A stretch of 64,000 nt of DNA from Deltaproteobacteria bacterium (lineage in GTDB: Bacteria > Myxococcota_A > Polyangia > Polyangiales > Polyangiaceae): contig JANOIG010000193.1 in NCBI GenBank assembly GCA_031407405.1, forward strand, positions 32,436 to 96,435, given 5' to 3'. The notes under the pieces were generated by a model. It did not search any database, had not been told where the DNA came from, and was given only the letters and a program-made list of their open reading frames with translations. This document shows, piece by piece, positions 1 to 9,934 of this stretch (position 1 is its first letter; each line of letters starts with the position of its first letter). The position numbers and the translations under genes were made by a program.

Positions 1-731
1 GCCCGCCGACTGCCCACAGCTTGGCGACCGTCGAAACCCGGGTTACGGCCGCGCCGCTCGTAAAAATGATCCGGCATGCGAGTGGCGAGGCCAAGACGCA
101 GCTGGCCGCGCCCTCGCAAGCGCCTCAGGCCAGTGAGTACCGTTTCCGTGATGGCGACCTGCTGCGCAATTACCGAGTGGATTACCGCCCGGGCGGTTAC
201 GACTATGCGTACGACAATGGGGGCACCGCCCAGCGCACTGGGCAGAGCAGCGTGCCCGAAGGCGCCTATCCACATGATCTGCACTCAGCGCTCGTTCTGT
301 TGCGGACCTGGCGGCCCCGTTTGGGGGAGCAGGCCTACTTCTACGTGGTGCTCGGGCGCCGGTTGTGGCGCGTAGACGTCACTTCCGAGGGGCCTCAGGT
401 GATTAAGGTTCAGGGCAGCGCGCGTTTGACTCACCGCATTGACGGCGTGGGCGTGCGCCTGTGGCGCCCGTCCGAAGCACCGCCCAAGCATTTTTCCTTG
501 TGGCTCTCCGAGGATGCCGACCGGGTGCCGTTGCGAATGGTGGGAGACGCGAGCTTTGGCGAAGTCACGATGACGCTGACCGATCGCGAGCAGGGGAATG
601 ACGCTTGCGAGGGCGGTTCGTTGACGCAAGTCGAAGCGCAACCGACGGCGCGACGCGAGCCGGCAACACGGGTCGGTCGCGCCTGGAGCACCTCGGACAT
701 CCCCGCTCGAGGGCGCTCCCCCGCGCGCTAG
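1..731 (+). CDS. DUF3108-like secreted protein, 5' end probably cut by the window edge
   Basis: The frame is open back to nt 3, and no signal peptide is visible after the listed TTG at 21. The C-terminal segment 'FSLWLSEDADRVPLRMVGDASFGEVTMTL' resembles the DUF3108 C-terminal signature as I remember it. Confidence 0.45.
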   Translation, partial: PPTAHSLATVETRVTAAPLVKMIRHASGEAKTQLAAPSQAPQASEYRFRDGDLLRNYRVDYRPGGYDYAYDNGGTAQRTGQSSVPEGAYPHDLHSALVLLRTWRPRLGEQAYFYVVLGRRLWRVDVTSEGPQVIKVQGSARLTHRIDGVGVRLWRPSEAPPKHFSLWLSEDADRVPLRMVGDASFGEVTMTLTDREQGNDACEGGSLTQVEAQPTARREPATRVGRAWSTSDIPARGRSPAR

Positions 732-1423
732 CAGCCTGGCGCTTCGGATACCGGCGGGGCTTCCGCTCGAGTCGGAGCCTGCGGCCCAAACGTCTAAGCG
801 AGCTCGAAAATGTTGCTATGAGCGATGGGTAGTCGATATCAGTGGGGTCGGGTTCCCGCGTGGTGGTGAGACCGTGGCGTCGCACCAAAAAATATGAGCT
901 CTCGATGATTCAGCGGCTGTTCGCGGGCGGGTGGGCCTTCTTTGCTACTGGTCCGGGCCACGACGGACCGTCGCCGGCCTCCGCGCAACTTGCGTTCAAT
1001 TGTACTGGCATTCAGCTCCGGCGGAACGGGGACCGGCGCAGGTGTCTTTTGAGGCAGGAGCGTCTCGACGGTGTGTTTCACCCCGAGGGGTGGCCGCGCG
1101 GGGCGCAGGGGTGACTCGCGTCGGTTTGGGTCGCCTGGCGTTTACCGTTCACCCCGGTCCAGGGCGTTCGCGGCGGGGCTCCAATGGCGCTGTCACCGTG
1201 GGCACGAGCAGCGTGGCGCGCCGCGCTGGCGCAGCGTGTCGGATGGCAGCGACGACCGCACACGTCCAGATCGGAACTTTCGTAACACTTTGGCAAAGCG
1301 CCAACGCCTTGTTTAGCTATACTCTAACATTAAAGCCAAAAGGCACCGGTTAGGCCGCGCGTTGTCGTTCACTTGGACGGAACACCAAAAAAATCGCCGC
1401 GGCAGCCGTGCGGAGCAAAATCT

Positions 1424-2686
1424 ATGTCGCGTCAGATGAGTGAACGGATCAATCCGGGTTTCGTCGAGGCCTTCGCGTCCGGCGCTGCACTGGTTGCGGC
1501 GCTGAGTGGTTTTGTCGCGCTCGGCTGTTCAGACGCCGGGCCCAAGGGCGCGTCGGTGTCGTGTGACAATCCTTCTGGCTGTGGCGACGTCGGTGCGACG
1601 TGCAATGCCAACGCCGAATGCGCGTCGGGCAGCTGCGCTGGTGGCGAGTGTGTCGGAGCGGCTCCCGGCACCGGTAGCGGTGGTAGCGGTCCTACCGCTC
1701 CGACCGGTGATGGCGAAGGCGGGTCTTTCGTCTTCGTCGATGACCTCGATCCTTCCCAGGGCGGTGCAGGCGGACCGGGCTGCGTCGACCTCGACGTGGA
1801 CTTCGCTCGTGTGACTCCCACGGTGGTGCTCTTGATTGATCAATCGAGCAGCATGGAGGCGGATTTTGACAACGGCGTCGATCGTTGGGACACGCTGGTC
1901 AATACGCTGAGTAATCCGCAGAGCAGCCTGATCAAGAAGCTCGAGAACAGCGTTCGCTTTGGCATGGCGCTGTACTCGAGTCTGAATGGCTTTGGCACCG
2001 ACCTACAGAACCCGAACGTATGTCCCCAACTGACCAGTGTGGACATAGCGCTCGGTAACTTCTCCGCCATGTCCGACGTGCTAACTTCGGACGCGAACGA
2101 CCCAGTTGACGACACGCCGACGGCCGAAAGCGTGGCCGCTGTGGCCGCTCAGCTCGCGGCGTTCCCCGAAGAGGGTCCCAAATCGATCATCTTGGCCACT
2201 GATGGTGACCCCGATACCTGTGAGGATCCGAATTCAAACGCTCAGGAGTCGAGCAAGGCGCTCAGCGTCGGCGCGGTAACGGCGGCGTTTGCTAACGGTA
2301 TTCCAACGCACGTCATCAGTGTGGGCGATGAGGCCACGGAGAGTCACCTGAAGGATCTGGCGGTGGCCGGGGCGGGGGGTGACCCAGCTGCCGAGGCATA
2401 TACCGCGCTCGACACCGACGCGCTGGCCGACGCATTTGAAAGAATCATCAGCGGTGTTCGAACCTGCGATTTCACCCTCGAAGGCACGGTCGACGCGGGC
2501 GATGCGGCACGCGGTACAGTGATACTCGACGGCCAGGCATTGGCGTTCGGTGATCCGAACGGTTGGGAAATGCCGAACCCAACCACCGTTCGGCTGCTCG
2601 GTGACGCGTGTGAGGCAATTCACGCAGACGCTACCGGCATCTCGATGAGCTTCCCCTGCGACGCCATCCAGATCATCCCGAGGTAG
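1424..2686 (+). CDS. vWA-domain lipoprotein with N-terminal Cys-rich module (paralog A)
   Basis: ATG at 1424 gives a signal peptide with lipobox 'FVALGC|SD'. Cys-rich stretch 'CDNPSGCGDVGATCNANAECASGSCAGGEC'. MIDAS motif 'LLIDQSSSM'. 'ATDGDPDTCEDP' motif. C-terminal 'FPCDAIQIIPR' is shared with the ORF at 11569-12807. Confidence 0.8.
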   Translation: MSRQMSERINPGFVEAFASGAALVAALSGFVALGCSDAGPKGASVSCDNPSGCGDVGATCNANAECASGSCAGGECVGAAPGTGSGGSGPTAPTGDGEGGSFVFVDDLDPSQGGAGGPGCVDLDVDFARVTPTVVLLIDQSSSMEADFDNGVDRWDTLVNTLSNPQSSLIKKLENSVRFGMALYSSLNGFGTDLQNPNVCPQLTSVDIALGNFSAMSDVLTSDANDPVDDTPTAESVAAVAAQLAAFPEEGPKSIILATDGDPDTCEDPNSNAQESSKALSVGAVTAAFANGIPTHVISVGDEATESHLKDLAVAGAGGDPAAEAYTALDTDALADAFERIISGVRTCDFTLEGTVDAGDAARGTVILDGQALAFGDPNGWEMPNPTTVRLLGDACEAIHADATGISMSFPCDAIQIIPR

Positions 2687-2749
2687 GGTCCGCCCGTTGC
2701 GGTAAGCAACCGTCGGGGAGCGGCCGTAGCTCTCTTCGGGGGCCCCTCG

Positions 2750-3430
2750 ATGTCGAAGCAGTCAAGAGCGTGTTCGGTAATCTCCTGGCTGGCCGTGGCG
2801 CTGCTGGCCGCCTGTGTACCTGCTGCTCCACTACCCTCGTCGCCTAGCTCGATCGCGGGCTCTGCGAGGGTCGCGCCAGCCGCCGTCGCTCGAGCCGCCT
2901 CGTGCCCGGTGGCGAAGCAGCGGGAGCTTCAGGAGCGGCCGCAGTTCATTGCGCCCGAGGAGCGTGTCCCGGAGTTCCTCTTGGCCAGCCAGAGCTGTGA
3001 GATCTTCGATTCGCAACGACTCGTCGGCAAGCAACCGTTCGTGGTGGTCTTCTTCGCCTCGTGGTGCACCGTTTGTGAGCACAAGATACCGCTGGTTCGT
3101 CAGGCCCTGAGCGAGCGCGCCGATGAATTGACCTCGCTCTTCGTGTCGCTCGATGACGACGATGGCTGGACGGGCACCGAGGCGTTTTTACATCGCCATG
3201 GCATGGGTGCCATGTCGATCGTGGCAGGCCGAGACTTCCTGGGCTTCTCCTTCGGTTACAATCCCTTCCGCAGTGTGCCTGTGGTCGTGATCGTTGGGCG
3301 CAGCGGCCGCGTGGTGGACGTTCAGGTTGGAGTACGGGACGGCGACGGGGCCCGACTCGAGCAGGCCCTCGACAGGGCCATCGACGAGCTGCCGGAGCGG
3401 GCGCTCCTTACATCCTATCCACCACCGTAA
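2750..3430 (+). CDS. TlpA/redoxin-family thiol-disulfide oxidoreductase lipoprotein
   Basis: Signal peptide with lipobox 'LLAAC'. Thioredoxin-fold active site 'FFASWCTVCEHK' (CxxC). Confidence 0.75.
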   Translation: MSKQSRACSVISWLAVALLAACVPAAPLPSSPSSIAGSARVAPAAVARAASCPVAKQRELQERPQFIAPEERVPEFLLASQSCEIFDSQRLVGKQPFVVVFFASWCTVCEHKIPLVRQALSERADELTSLFVSLDDDDGWTGTEAFLHRHGMGAMSIVAGRDFLGFSFGYNPFRSVPVVVIVGRSGRVVDVQVGVRDGDGARLEQALDRAIDELPERALLTSYPPP

Positions 3431-5162
3431 CACCGAGCAGCTCGAGCCCGAGCTGGAGAGTCCGTGCCGCCAGATCGGACAAAGCCAGGCGGCTCTGTCG
3501 GGTGGCGGTGTCGGGCGCCTTGAGCACGGGACAGCGTTCATGAAATTGATGCACCTGTGATGCTACTTCGTACAGGTAGGTGCAGAGTCGGTGCGGCTCG
3601 AGGCTTTGGGCGACCTGCTCGATCATGCGCGGTAAGCGCAACAGCTGCAGCATCAGCTGTCGCTCCACCGGCTCGGTGATGGCGAGGGATTCCGCCCGAA
3701 AAGTGCTGTCGCCCGCTCGCCGCAAGATGGACTGTACCCGTACGTAAGCGTATTGGAGGTAGGGCGCGGTGTTGCCCTCCATGGACAACATGCGTTCATA
3801 GTCGAAGACGTAGTCCTTGATGCGGTCACTGGATAAGTCCGCATACTTGACCGCGCCCACGCCCACGGCCCGGGCGATCTCAGCCAGCTCGGCGTCCCCA
3901 AGCTCTCGCCCTTTGGACTCGAGCGTGGAGCGGGCGCGAACTACGGCTTCGTCGAGCACGTCGGCCAGTTTGACGTTGTCGCCCGACCGGCTCTTGAAGG
4001 GCTTGCGATCCTCGCCCAAAATCGTGCCGAAGGCCACATGGTGGAGCTCGACGCTCTCAGGGGCCCAGCCCGATTTACGCAGCGCCCAGAACAGCATGCC
4101 AAAATGGTCGGCCTGGCGCGAGTCCACCACGTACACCAGGCGACTTGCGCCCAGCTCTTGGATGCGAAAGCGGGCTGCAGCCAGGTCGGTCGCTGCGTAG
4201 CCGTAGCCGCCGTCGCTTTTCTGCACGATCAGCGGCACCGGCGCCCCCGACTTGCCGCTGAAGCCAGCGCAGAAGACGACCTGAGCGCCGTCGCTTTCTA
4301 CTAGGAGCCCAGCGCCCCGGAGGTCGTCGACCACCGCCGGCAAGCGAGAGTTGAAGAAACTCTCGCCTCTCAGATCACTGTCGGTCAACAGCACGCCGAG
4401 CCGCTCGAAGACGTCGTTCATATGCGCGCAAGACTCGGCAATCAACTGGCGCCAGAACGCGAGGCTGTCGGCATCCCCGGCTTGCAGCTTCACCACGCGC
4501 TGGCGTGAGCGGTCAGCGAACGCACTTTCGATATCGAAGCGGGCCTTGGCCTCGCGGTAGAGTTGGTTCAAATCGGCGAGGGAATGATCGTGGCTCTGGT
4601 CCCAACCGGTGTCGATGAGGTGCTCGAGCAACATTCCGAATTGCGTGCCCCAGTCGCCGATATGGTTCTGCAGGACGACGTCGTGGCCGGCAAAGCGCAG
4701 CACGCGCGCAATGGCGTCGCCGATGATGGTCGAGCGCAGATGCCCGATGTGCATCTCCTTCGCCAAATTGGGTGACCCATAGTCCACCACGACCTTGTAG
4801 GCGGCCGCCGGCACTGACACGCCGAGCCGGGCATCGTCCCACATGCGACCCGCCGCCTGTATGACGGCAGCATCAGTGAGGGTGATGTTGATGAAACCAG
4901 GGCCGGCCACGTCCACGCTCTGCACGATGCCGCCGGCCTGGCTGAGCTGGTCGGCGATGGCTTGTGCGATATCGCGCGGTTTGCGCCGAGTGGCCTTGGC
5001 CAGGCTCAACGCCAGGTTGGCCTGGAAGTCACCGAATTGGGGGTCCGCCGGGCGCACCAGTGGGTCGGCGTCGGCATATGCCTCGCCGAGCGCGGCCCGG
5101 GTAGCTTGTCGCAGTTGATCTTCGACCGAGGCTTGAATATCACGCACAGGCCGAGCCAACAC
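3408..5162 (-). CDS. argS: arginine--tRNA ligase
   Basis: 584 aa with a GTG start. Class I HIGH motif 'MHIGHLRSTIIGDAIARVL'. Typical ArgRS C-terminus '...VVDRM'. Confidence 0.95.
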   Translation of the reverse strand: MLARPVRDIQASVEDQLRQATRAALGEAYADADPLVRPADPQFGDFQANLALSLAKATRRKPRDIAQAIADQLSQAGGIVQSVDVAGPGFINITLTDAAVIQAAGRMWDDARLGVSVPAAAYKVVVDYGSPNLAKEMHIGHLRSTIIGDAIARVLRFAGHDVVLQNHIGDWGTQFGMLLEHLIDTGWDQSHDHSLADLNQLYREAKARFDIESAFADRSRQRVVKLQAGDADSLAFWRQLIAESCAHMNDVFERLGVLLTDSDLRGESFFNSRLPAVVDDLRGAGLLVESDGAQVVFCAGFSGKSGAPVPLIVQKSDGGYGYAATDLAAARFRIQELGASRLVYVVDSRQADHFGMLFWALRKSGWAPESVELHHVAFGTILGEDRKPFKSRSGDNVKLADVLDEAVVRARSTLESKGRELGDAELAEIARAVGVGAVKYADLSSDRIKDYVFDYERMLSMEGNTAPYLQYAYVRVQSILRRAGDSTFRAESLAITEPVERQLMLQLLRLPRMIEQVAQSLEPHRLCTYLYEVASQVHQFHERCPVLKAPDTATRQSRLALSDLAARTLQLGLELLGVTVVDRM

Positions 5163-5215
5163 GAGGACGACGGCGTCGTCAAGGCTTACGCGGGACCCGG
5201 CTCGAGGTCAAACCC

Positions 5216-6346
5216 ATGGAATTGAATTCAGATCCAGTCAGGCCCGCTCTGGCGAGCACGCCGTGCGAGCTACCGTTCGAGCATGGGGATCTCGAGGCGC
5301 TCGGCGGCCACATCGGGCCCGAGCCGGAGGATTTCGTCGTGGACGAGCTGCCTCTTTACGAGCCGTCCGGCGATGGCGAGCACTGGTACGTGCAGCTGCG
5401 GAAGCGCGCCGCAACGACCCCAGAGCTCAGAGCGGCAGTGGCGGAGGCAGCAGGCGTGCCCGAGCGTGAGCTGGGTCATGCTGGGATGAAAGACAAACAC
5501 GCCGTCACGACGCAGTGGCTCAGCGTCCCCGTGCCTCGAGCCAGGCCACCGGAGTCATGGCAGCTGCCAGAGCCTTTCAGCGTGCTCCAGGTCACGCGGC
5601 ACGTGAACAAGCTTCGCATCGGTCACCTCGCGGGCAACCGCTTTCGGATACGGCTCGTCGGTGTAGAGCCAAGCGCGCAGCCGCGTGCAGCGGCGCTTTG
5701 TGAACGGATCTCGCGCTCGGGTCTCGGCAACTATTTTGGCTCGCAGCGTTTTGGTAATGGGCAACGCAACCTGCAAGGTGCCCTCTTTGCCCTGAGCCGA
5801 GGGCGCCTCGGCCCACGTTCAGGTAACCGCGGCAAGTTCCTCGCGAGCGTGATACAATCGGAGATATTCAACCGCTACGCTAGTGCACGTCTGGAGGTTT
5901 CTCGTGATCACGTGCTGGTTGGCGATGTGGTTCGGCTGGAAGGAAGCCGCTCGTTGTTCCTGGTCGAGGATGTCGCGCGGGAGCAACCCCGCCTGTTGGC
6001 TGGAGATATTCGTTTGACCGGGCCCATGGTGGGTCCGAAAATGAAGGAGAGTGAGGGTCAGCCCCTCGAGCTCACGCTTGCCGCCATACAAAGCGTCGGC
6101 TTGGACGCGAACAGCCTGCGGGAGTTGGGCCGCGGAGCGCCCGGCACGCGGCGCGATTTGCTGTTGTGGCCGAGTGATTTGCGCCATGAAGCCGGAGAGG
6201 ATGGCAGCATGGTCATGGAGTTCAGCTTGCCTGCTGGGGCGTACGCGACCCTCGTGATTCGTGCCTTGACCCGGCAAGACCCGTGGGCAGATTCCGACAA
6301 GGAGCCGCTCGGTGATGAGGCCATGGCGGAGCATGCGGGTGACTAA
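5216..6346 (+). CDS. truD: tRNA pseudouridine(13) synthase TruD
   Basis: TruD catalytic motif 'GMKDKHAVTTQWLSV'. Length of 376 aa is consistent. Confidence 0.9.
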   Translation: MELNSDPVRPALASTPCELPFEHGDLEALGGHIGPEPEDFVVDELPLYEPSGDGEHWYVQLRKRAATTPELRAAVAEAAGVPERELGHAGMKDKHAVTTQWLSVPVPRARPPESWQLPEPFSVLQVTRHVNKLRIGHLAGNRFRIRLVGVEPSAQPRAAALCERISRSGLGNYFGSQRFGNGQRNLQGALFALSRGRLGPRSGNRGKFLASVIQSEIFNRYASARLEVSRDHVLVGDVVRLEGSRSLFLVEDVAREQPRLLAGDIRLTGPMVGPKMKESEGQPLELTLAAIQSVGLDANSLRELGRGAPGTRRDLLLWPSDLRHEAGEDGSMVMEFSLPAGAYATLVIRALTRQDPWADSDKEPLGDEAMAEHAGD

Positions 6347-7151
6347 AGGCCTACCGCGTTCGAGCTGGGTGGCGCTTGTGGCGCTCGGCGGGGTGATTTG
6401 TTCGCCAGGGCTGGTTTCGAGCGCTGTCGCCGAGGAAGCCCCGGCAGGCAGCGAAAAAAAGCTCCCGCCGCTGCAGCTCAGCATCGACCGAAACGAGGTG
6501 GATCTGGAGCGGCAAGAGCTCACTATTCGCATGTCCCGAGCCGCCTCCAGGGTCACGCTGAAAGTCCTTGGAGTGTCGGGTGCCGTGTTGGCCGAGGTCG
6601 TGCAAACCTTCGATGCAGTGCCCGCCGGGTCACCGCTCGTGGTGCGCTGGTCCTCTGGTGATGCCGACTCGGTGGCTCGGGTGGAGGTGTTCGGCCATGA
6701 CGTGAATGGCTACTACGCGGGCATCGCCATCACACCGTGGTCGTTCGAGATTCCGCATGAAGATGTGGTGTTCGAGACAGATTCGGCGGAGGTCAGGCCA
6801 TCGGAGGTCGGTAAGCTGCGAGCCAGCCTTGCCTTGATCAAGAAAGAGCTGCCCCGTGCTGGGCAGCTCGGCGCGGTCACGCTATTCATACTTGCTCACA
6901 CTGATACCGTTGGGTCATCCGATTACAATTTACGCCTCTCCACCCGGCGCGCGCAGTCCATAGCCAGCTGGTTTCGAAAACAGGGGCTGAAGATTCCGAT
7001 GGCCTACGACGGAATGGGAGAGAAAGCCCTGAAGATCAAGACAGCTGATGAGGTCGCGGAGCCGAGCAATCGCCGCGTCGACTACATGCTCAGTATCGAG
7101 CCTCCGCGCTTCAAGCTCTCCGGCGCAAGCCCGATCTGGAAAAAGCTCTAG
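6333..7151 (+). CDS. OmpA-family (peptidoglycan-binding) protein
   Basis: ATG at 6333 gives signal peptide 'MRVTKGLPRSSWVALVALGGVICSP'. C-terminal OmpA_C-like motif 'HTDTVGSSDYNLRLSTRRAQSIASWF...NRRVDY'. Confidence 0.85.
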   Translation: MRVTKGLPRSSWVALVALGGVICSPGLVSSAVAEEAPAGSEKKLPPLQLSIDRNEVDLERQELTIRMSRAASRVTLKVLGVSGAVLAEVVQTFDAVPAGSPLVVRWSSGDADSVARVEVFGHDVNGYYAGIAITPWSFEIPHEDVVFETDSAEVRPSEVGKLRASLALIKKELPRAGQLGAVTLFILAHTDTVGSSDYNLRLSTRRAQSIASWFRKQGLKIPMAYDGMGEKALKIKTADEVAEPSNRRVDYMLSIEPPRFKLSGASPIWKKL

Positions 7152-7194
7152 TGCCTCGATTCTACTGAATCGATGGCACAAATGAAATTGAGGT
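7148..7194 (+). repeat. Copy A of a ~48-nt intergenic hairpin element (second copy at 63190-63237)
   Basis: 'ctagtgcctcgattctactgaatcgatggcacaaatgaaattgaggt' is identical to 63190-63237 except for one extra A in copy B. Hairpin arms are 7151-7162 and 7167-7179 (12 bp with a 1-nt bulge, loop TACT). Confidence 0.85.
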
Positions 7195-7233
7195 AGTCAG
7201 CATCCAGACACCCCACTCTGCCCCCGGGCACCG

Positions 7234-8592
7234 TTATCGCAGCGTGACGAGCTCTTCTGCGGCGGTGGGGTGGATGGCTACCGTGGAATCAAAGTCGGCT
7301 TTCGTGGCCCCCATGCGCACGGCCACAGCAAAACCCTGCAACATTTCGTCAGCACCGAGCCCGATCACGTGCACGCCCACGACGCGCTCGTTGGGCCCAA
7401 CAGTAACGAGCTTCATGTTGGTTTTGGATTTGTGGTCGGTCATTGCGTAGTACATGTTGGTGAAACGCGTGACATAGGTCTTTACGTTGCCTACCCCGAA
7501 GCGTTCCACGGCTTCCACTTCGCTCAGCCCCACCGTTCCAATCGGTGGGTGGCTGAACGCCACAGTCGGGATGTCGGTGTAGTCGAGCCTGGATTCCGGT
7601 ATTCCACCGAAGAGGCGGTCTGCCAGGCGGCGGCCGGCGGCGATCGCGACCGGCGTCAGCTCGAAGCGGCCGGTGACGTCCCCGACCGAGTAGATCCCGG
7701 GCACAATGCTATTTTGGTAGGCATCCACCGGAATGTGGCCGGTGAGTGTGGGCAAGATGCCGACCTGTTCCAGCTCGAGCGCCAGCGTGGCGGGAGCACG
7801 ACCGATGGCCCAGAGCACGGCGTCGAAGCCTGCGAGCGGCGTGATGTCCTCGCGCTCCAGGCTGAGCTCACCATTGGGCAGCCGCGTGAGCGCCCGCGGG
7901 ATGCTGTGTGGCATCAAGGCTATGCCTTGCCGTGCCATCTCCTCACCGAGAGCTTCACCGAGCAGGCTGTCGAAATGACGCAGCAGCCGCGAGCTCCGAA
8001 ATGCCAGGGTCACTTGCGAGCCCAAAGCGTTAAAGATGCCAGCGAACTCGACCGCGATGTAACCCGCGCCGACGATCAAGATCCGTCGAGGTTGCTTCTC
8101 TAGCTCGAAGACGTCATCGGAAAGCATCCCCAGAGCGGCCCCCGGCAGATCGGGTAGGCGACCTGCGCCACCGACGGCCACCAGAATGTGCGGCGCCGAA
8201 AAAAGCTGATCCCCGACCACCACGCTCGGACCCGCAGCGAAGCGCGCCCGCCCGCGGATGACCTCTACGCCGCTCTGTTCGAGTGTGTCCGCGTAGACGT
8301 CATTCAAGCGTTTCACATAGGCGTTGCGGCGTTGTCCGAGGGCACTCCAGTCGAAGCCGCCCACCTCGATGTCGAAGCCGTAACCGGCAGCGTCGCGCAG
8401 CGCTTCACCGATGCTGGCCGCGTTGAACAGCACCTTTTTCGGCACACAGCCGACATTGACGCAGGTGCCCCCGAGGCGCCCTGACTCGATCAGGGCCACG
8501 CGCGCTCCGAAGGCCGCGGCCCGGCGCGCGGAAGCGATCCCTCCGCTGCCTCCGCCGATGACGAGGTAGTCGAGCGGAGTCGTCCAGCTCAA
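7234..8592 (-). CDS. gor: glutathione-disulfide reductase
   Basis: '[16 protein letters not shown]' FAD-binding site. Redox-active '[13 protein letters not shown]'. C-terminal '[12 protein letters not shown]'. The TTG start overlaps the upstream stop as TTGA. Confidence 0.92.
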   Translation of the reverse strand: MSWTTPLDYLVIGGGSGGIASARRAAAFGARVALIESGRLGGTCVNVGCVPKKVLFNAASIGEALRDAAGYGFDIEVGGFDWSALGQRRNAYVKRLNDVYADTLEQSGVEVIRGRARFAAGPSVVVGDQLFSAPHILVAVGGAGRLPDLPGAALGMLSDDVFELEKQPRRILIVGAGYIAVEFAGIFNALGSQVTLAFRSSRLLRHFDSLLGEALGEEMARQGIALMPHSIPRALTRLPNGELSLEREDITPLAGFDAVLWAIGRAPATLALELEQVGILPTLTGHIPVDAYQNSIVPGIYSVGDVTGRFELTPVAIAAGRRLADRLFGGIPESRLDYTDIPTVAFSHPPIGTVGLSEVEAVERFGVGNVKTYVTRFTNMYYAMTDHKSKTNMKLVTVGPNERVVGVHVIGLGADEMLQGFAVAVRMGATKADFDSTVAIHPTAAEELVTLR

Positions 8593-9779
8593 AGGGTCGA
8601 CCCTCGAAGCGCCGCTCCGTCCGGCTCACTACTGTGGATGCGGCTGGCAGCGCGCTCGAGTCGGTCCATGATAGCCCGCCCCACGCCCAGGCCGCTCACC
8701 CCCTCCACCAAGATGTGGTCGACTCCCAGCTCGTCCAGCTCCCGCAGCCAGCCAAACAAGCGGCGCCCGAGCTCTCGGGTGTCGGCGGGGAGTGGGATGA
8801 AATGATCGACTTCGACCCTGCAGTTTGCGATCGCCGCCACACGCCGACCGCTCGCACGGAGTTGCCGCGCGTCGTCGCTGAAACGCGGAGCAGAGCTGGC
8901 GCCCGGCGGATAGAGCCAGACCTCGGCGCGAGGGCTATAGTGCCGGTACCTCATGCCCGGCGAACGGGCCACGCTTCCAACGACCGGCATCCGCACCTTT
9001 TGCCCGCAACAGGCTTCCAGCTCCTCCGCGGTGACCGCCCCTGGGCGCAGCAGGATGGGCGTGTCGCCCCGCGCATCGATTACGGTCGACTCGACGCCGT
9101 GCTCCAGGTCACCAGCGTCCACCACCAGCGGCACGCGGCCCCTCAGATCATGGGCGGCGTGCAGAGCTCGGGTGGGGCTCGGGAGACCCGACAGGTTGGC
9201 GCTCGGTGCCGCGAGAGGCCCCACCCGGCGAATGAGGGCCGATGCAAATTCGTGAGCCGGGTGGCGCACGGCAATGCTGTCGAGGCCAGCGGTCACCCAC
9301 GGCAATGATGCTTGGCTTGCGACCACGAGTGTGAGCGGCCCAGGCCAAAACGCCTGCGCCAATTGCGCGGCGAGCGGCGAAAGCTGGGCGCCAACGCTCT
9401 CGAGCTGGGCCGAACCGGTCACGTGTACGATGAGCGGGTTGTCGAGCGGCCGTTGCTTGATTCTGAAGATGGCCCGCACCGCCTCGCGATCGAGCGCCGG
9501 TGCGGCGAGCCCATACACAGTCTCGGTGGGAATGACGATGGGCACCCCCTGCGTGAGCCAAGTTGCGGCACAGGCCAAGGTCGCGGGGCACGGTTGGTGA
9601 CTGCCCGACCCGGTCAGCTCAAAGGCGTCGAGGAGCTGAGTTTCCCAGCGGAGGAGCGGGCCAGAGGCGTTCAAGCCGCGTTTGTAGCGTCGCCAATGGC
9701 CTCGGCAAAGCGATTCGCGTCGGCGGCCGGCTCCGGAGCGGTAAGTGTTTGTAATATTTAATGTTATGGTCGCACGCAA
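8589..9779 (-). CDS. tsaC: L-threonylcarbamoyladenylate synthase (Sua5/YwlC-type TsaC); true start probably downstream of the listed TTG
   Basis: YrdC-domain motif '[15 protein letters not shown]...[17 protein letters not shown]' plus a C-terminal Sua5 domain. The first ~60 codons are Arg-rich and look non-coding, and an in-frame TTG lies at 9578. Confidence 0.85.
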   Translation of the reverse strand: MRATITLNITNTYRSGAGRRRESLCRGHWRRYKRGLNASGPLLRWETQLLDAFELTGSGSHQPCPATLACAATWLTQGVPIVIPTETVYGLAAPALDREAVRAIFRIKQRPLDNPLIVHVTGSAQLESVGAQLSPLAAQLAQAFWPGPLTLVVASQASLPWVTAGLDSIAVRHPAHEFASALIRRVGPLAAPSANLSGLPSPTRALHAAHDLRGRVPLVVDAGDLEHGVESTVIDARGDTPILLRPGAVTAEELEACCGQKVRMPVVGSVARSPGMRYRHYSPRAEVWLYPPGASSAPRFSDDARQLRASGRRVAAIANCRVEVDHFIPLPADTRELGRRLFGWLRELDELGVDHILVEGVSGLGVGRAIMDRLERAASRIHSSEPDGAALRGSTL

Positions 9780-9934
9780 AGCGGGGCCGTCGTTGGGGCT
9801 GCGGTCACGGGGAGCTCAGGGCAGCGCCTGATCGCCGCGAGCGACAGCCCTTCGGCACGAACACCTCTGATGAAAGGCGGAGCGCTATAAGCGATTGCGG
9901 CTGGAATGACGCCGCACTAACAAGCCAAGGCAAA

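Noticed and set aside
7151-7179. The palindrome CGATTC-N4-GAATCG as a LexA (SOS) box, considered because copy B precedes ruvB.
   Set aside because: It does not match the LexA consensus forms I know (CTGT-N8-ACAG, GAAC-N4-GTTC, GTTC-N7-GTTC). My attempt to fit the Myxococcus-type motif from memory gave poor agreement. It is kept only as an unassigned operator or hairpin possibility.
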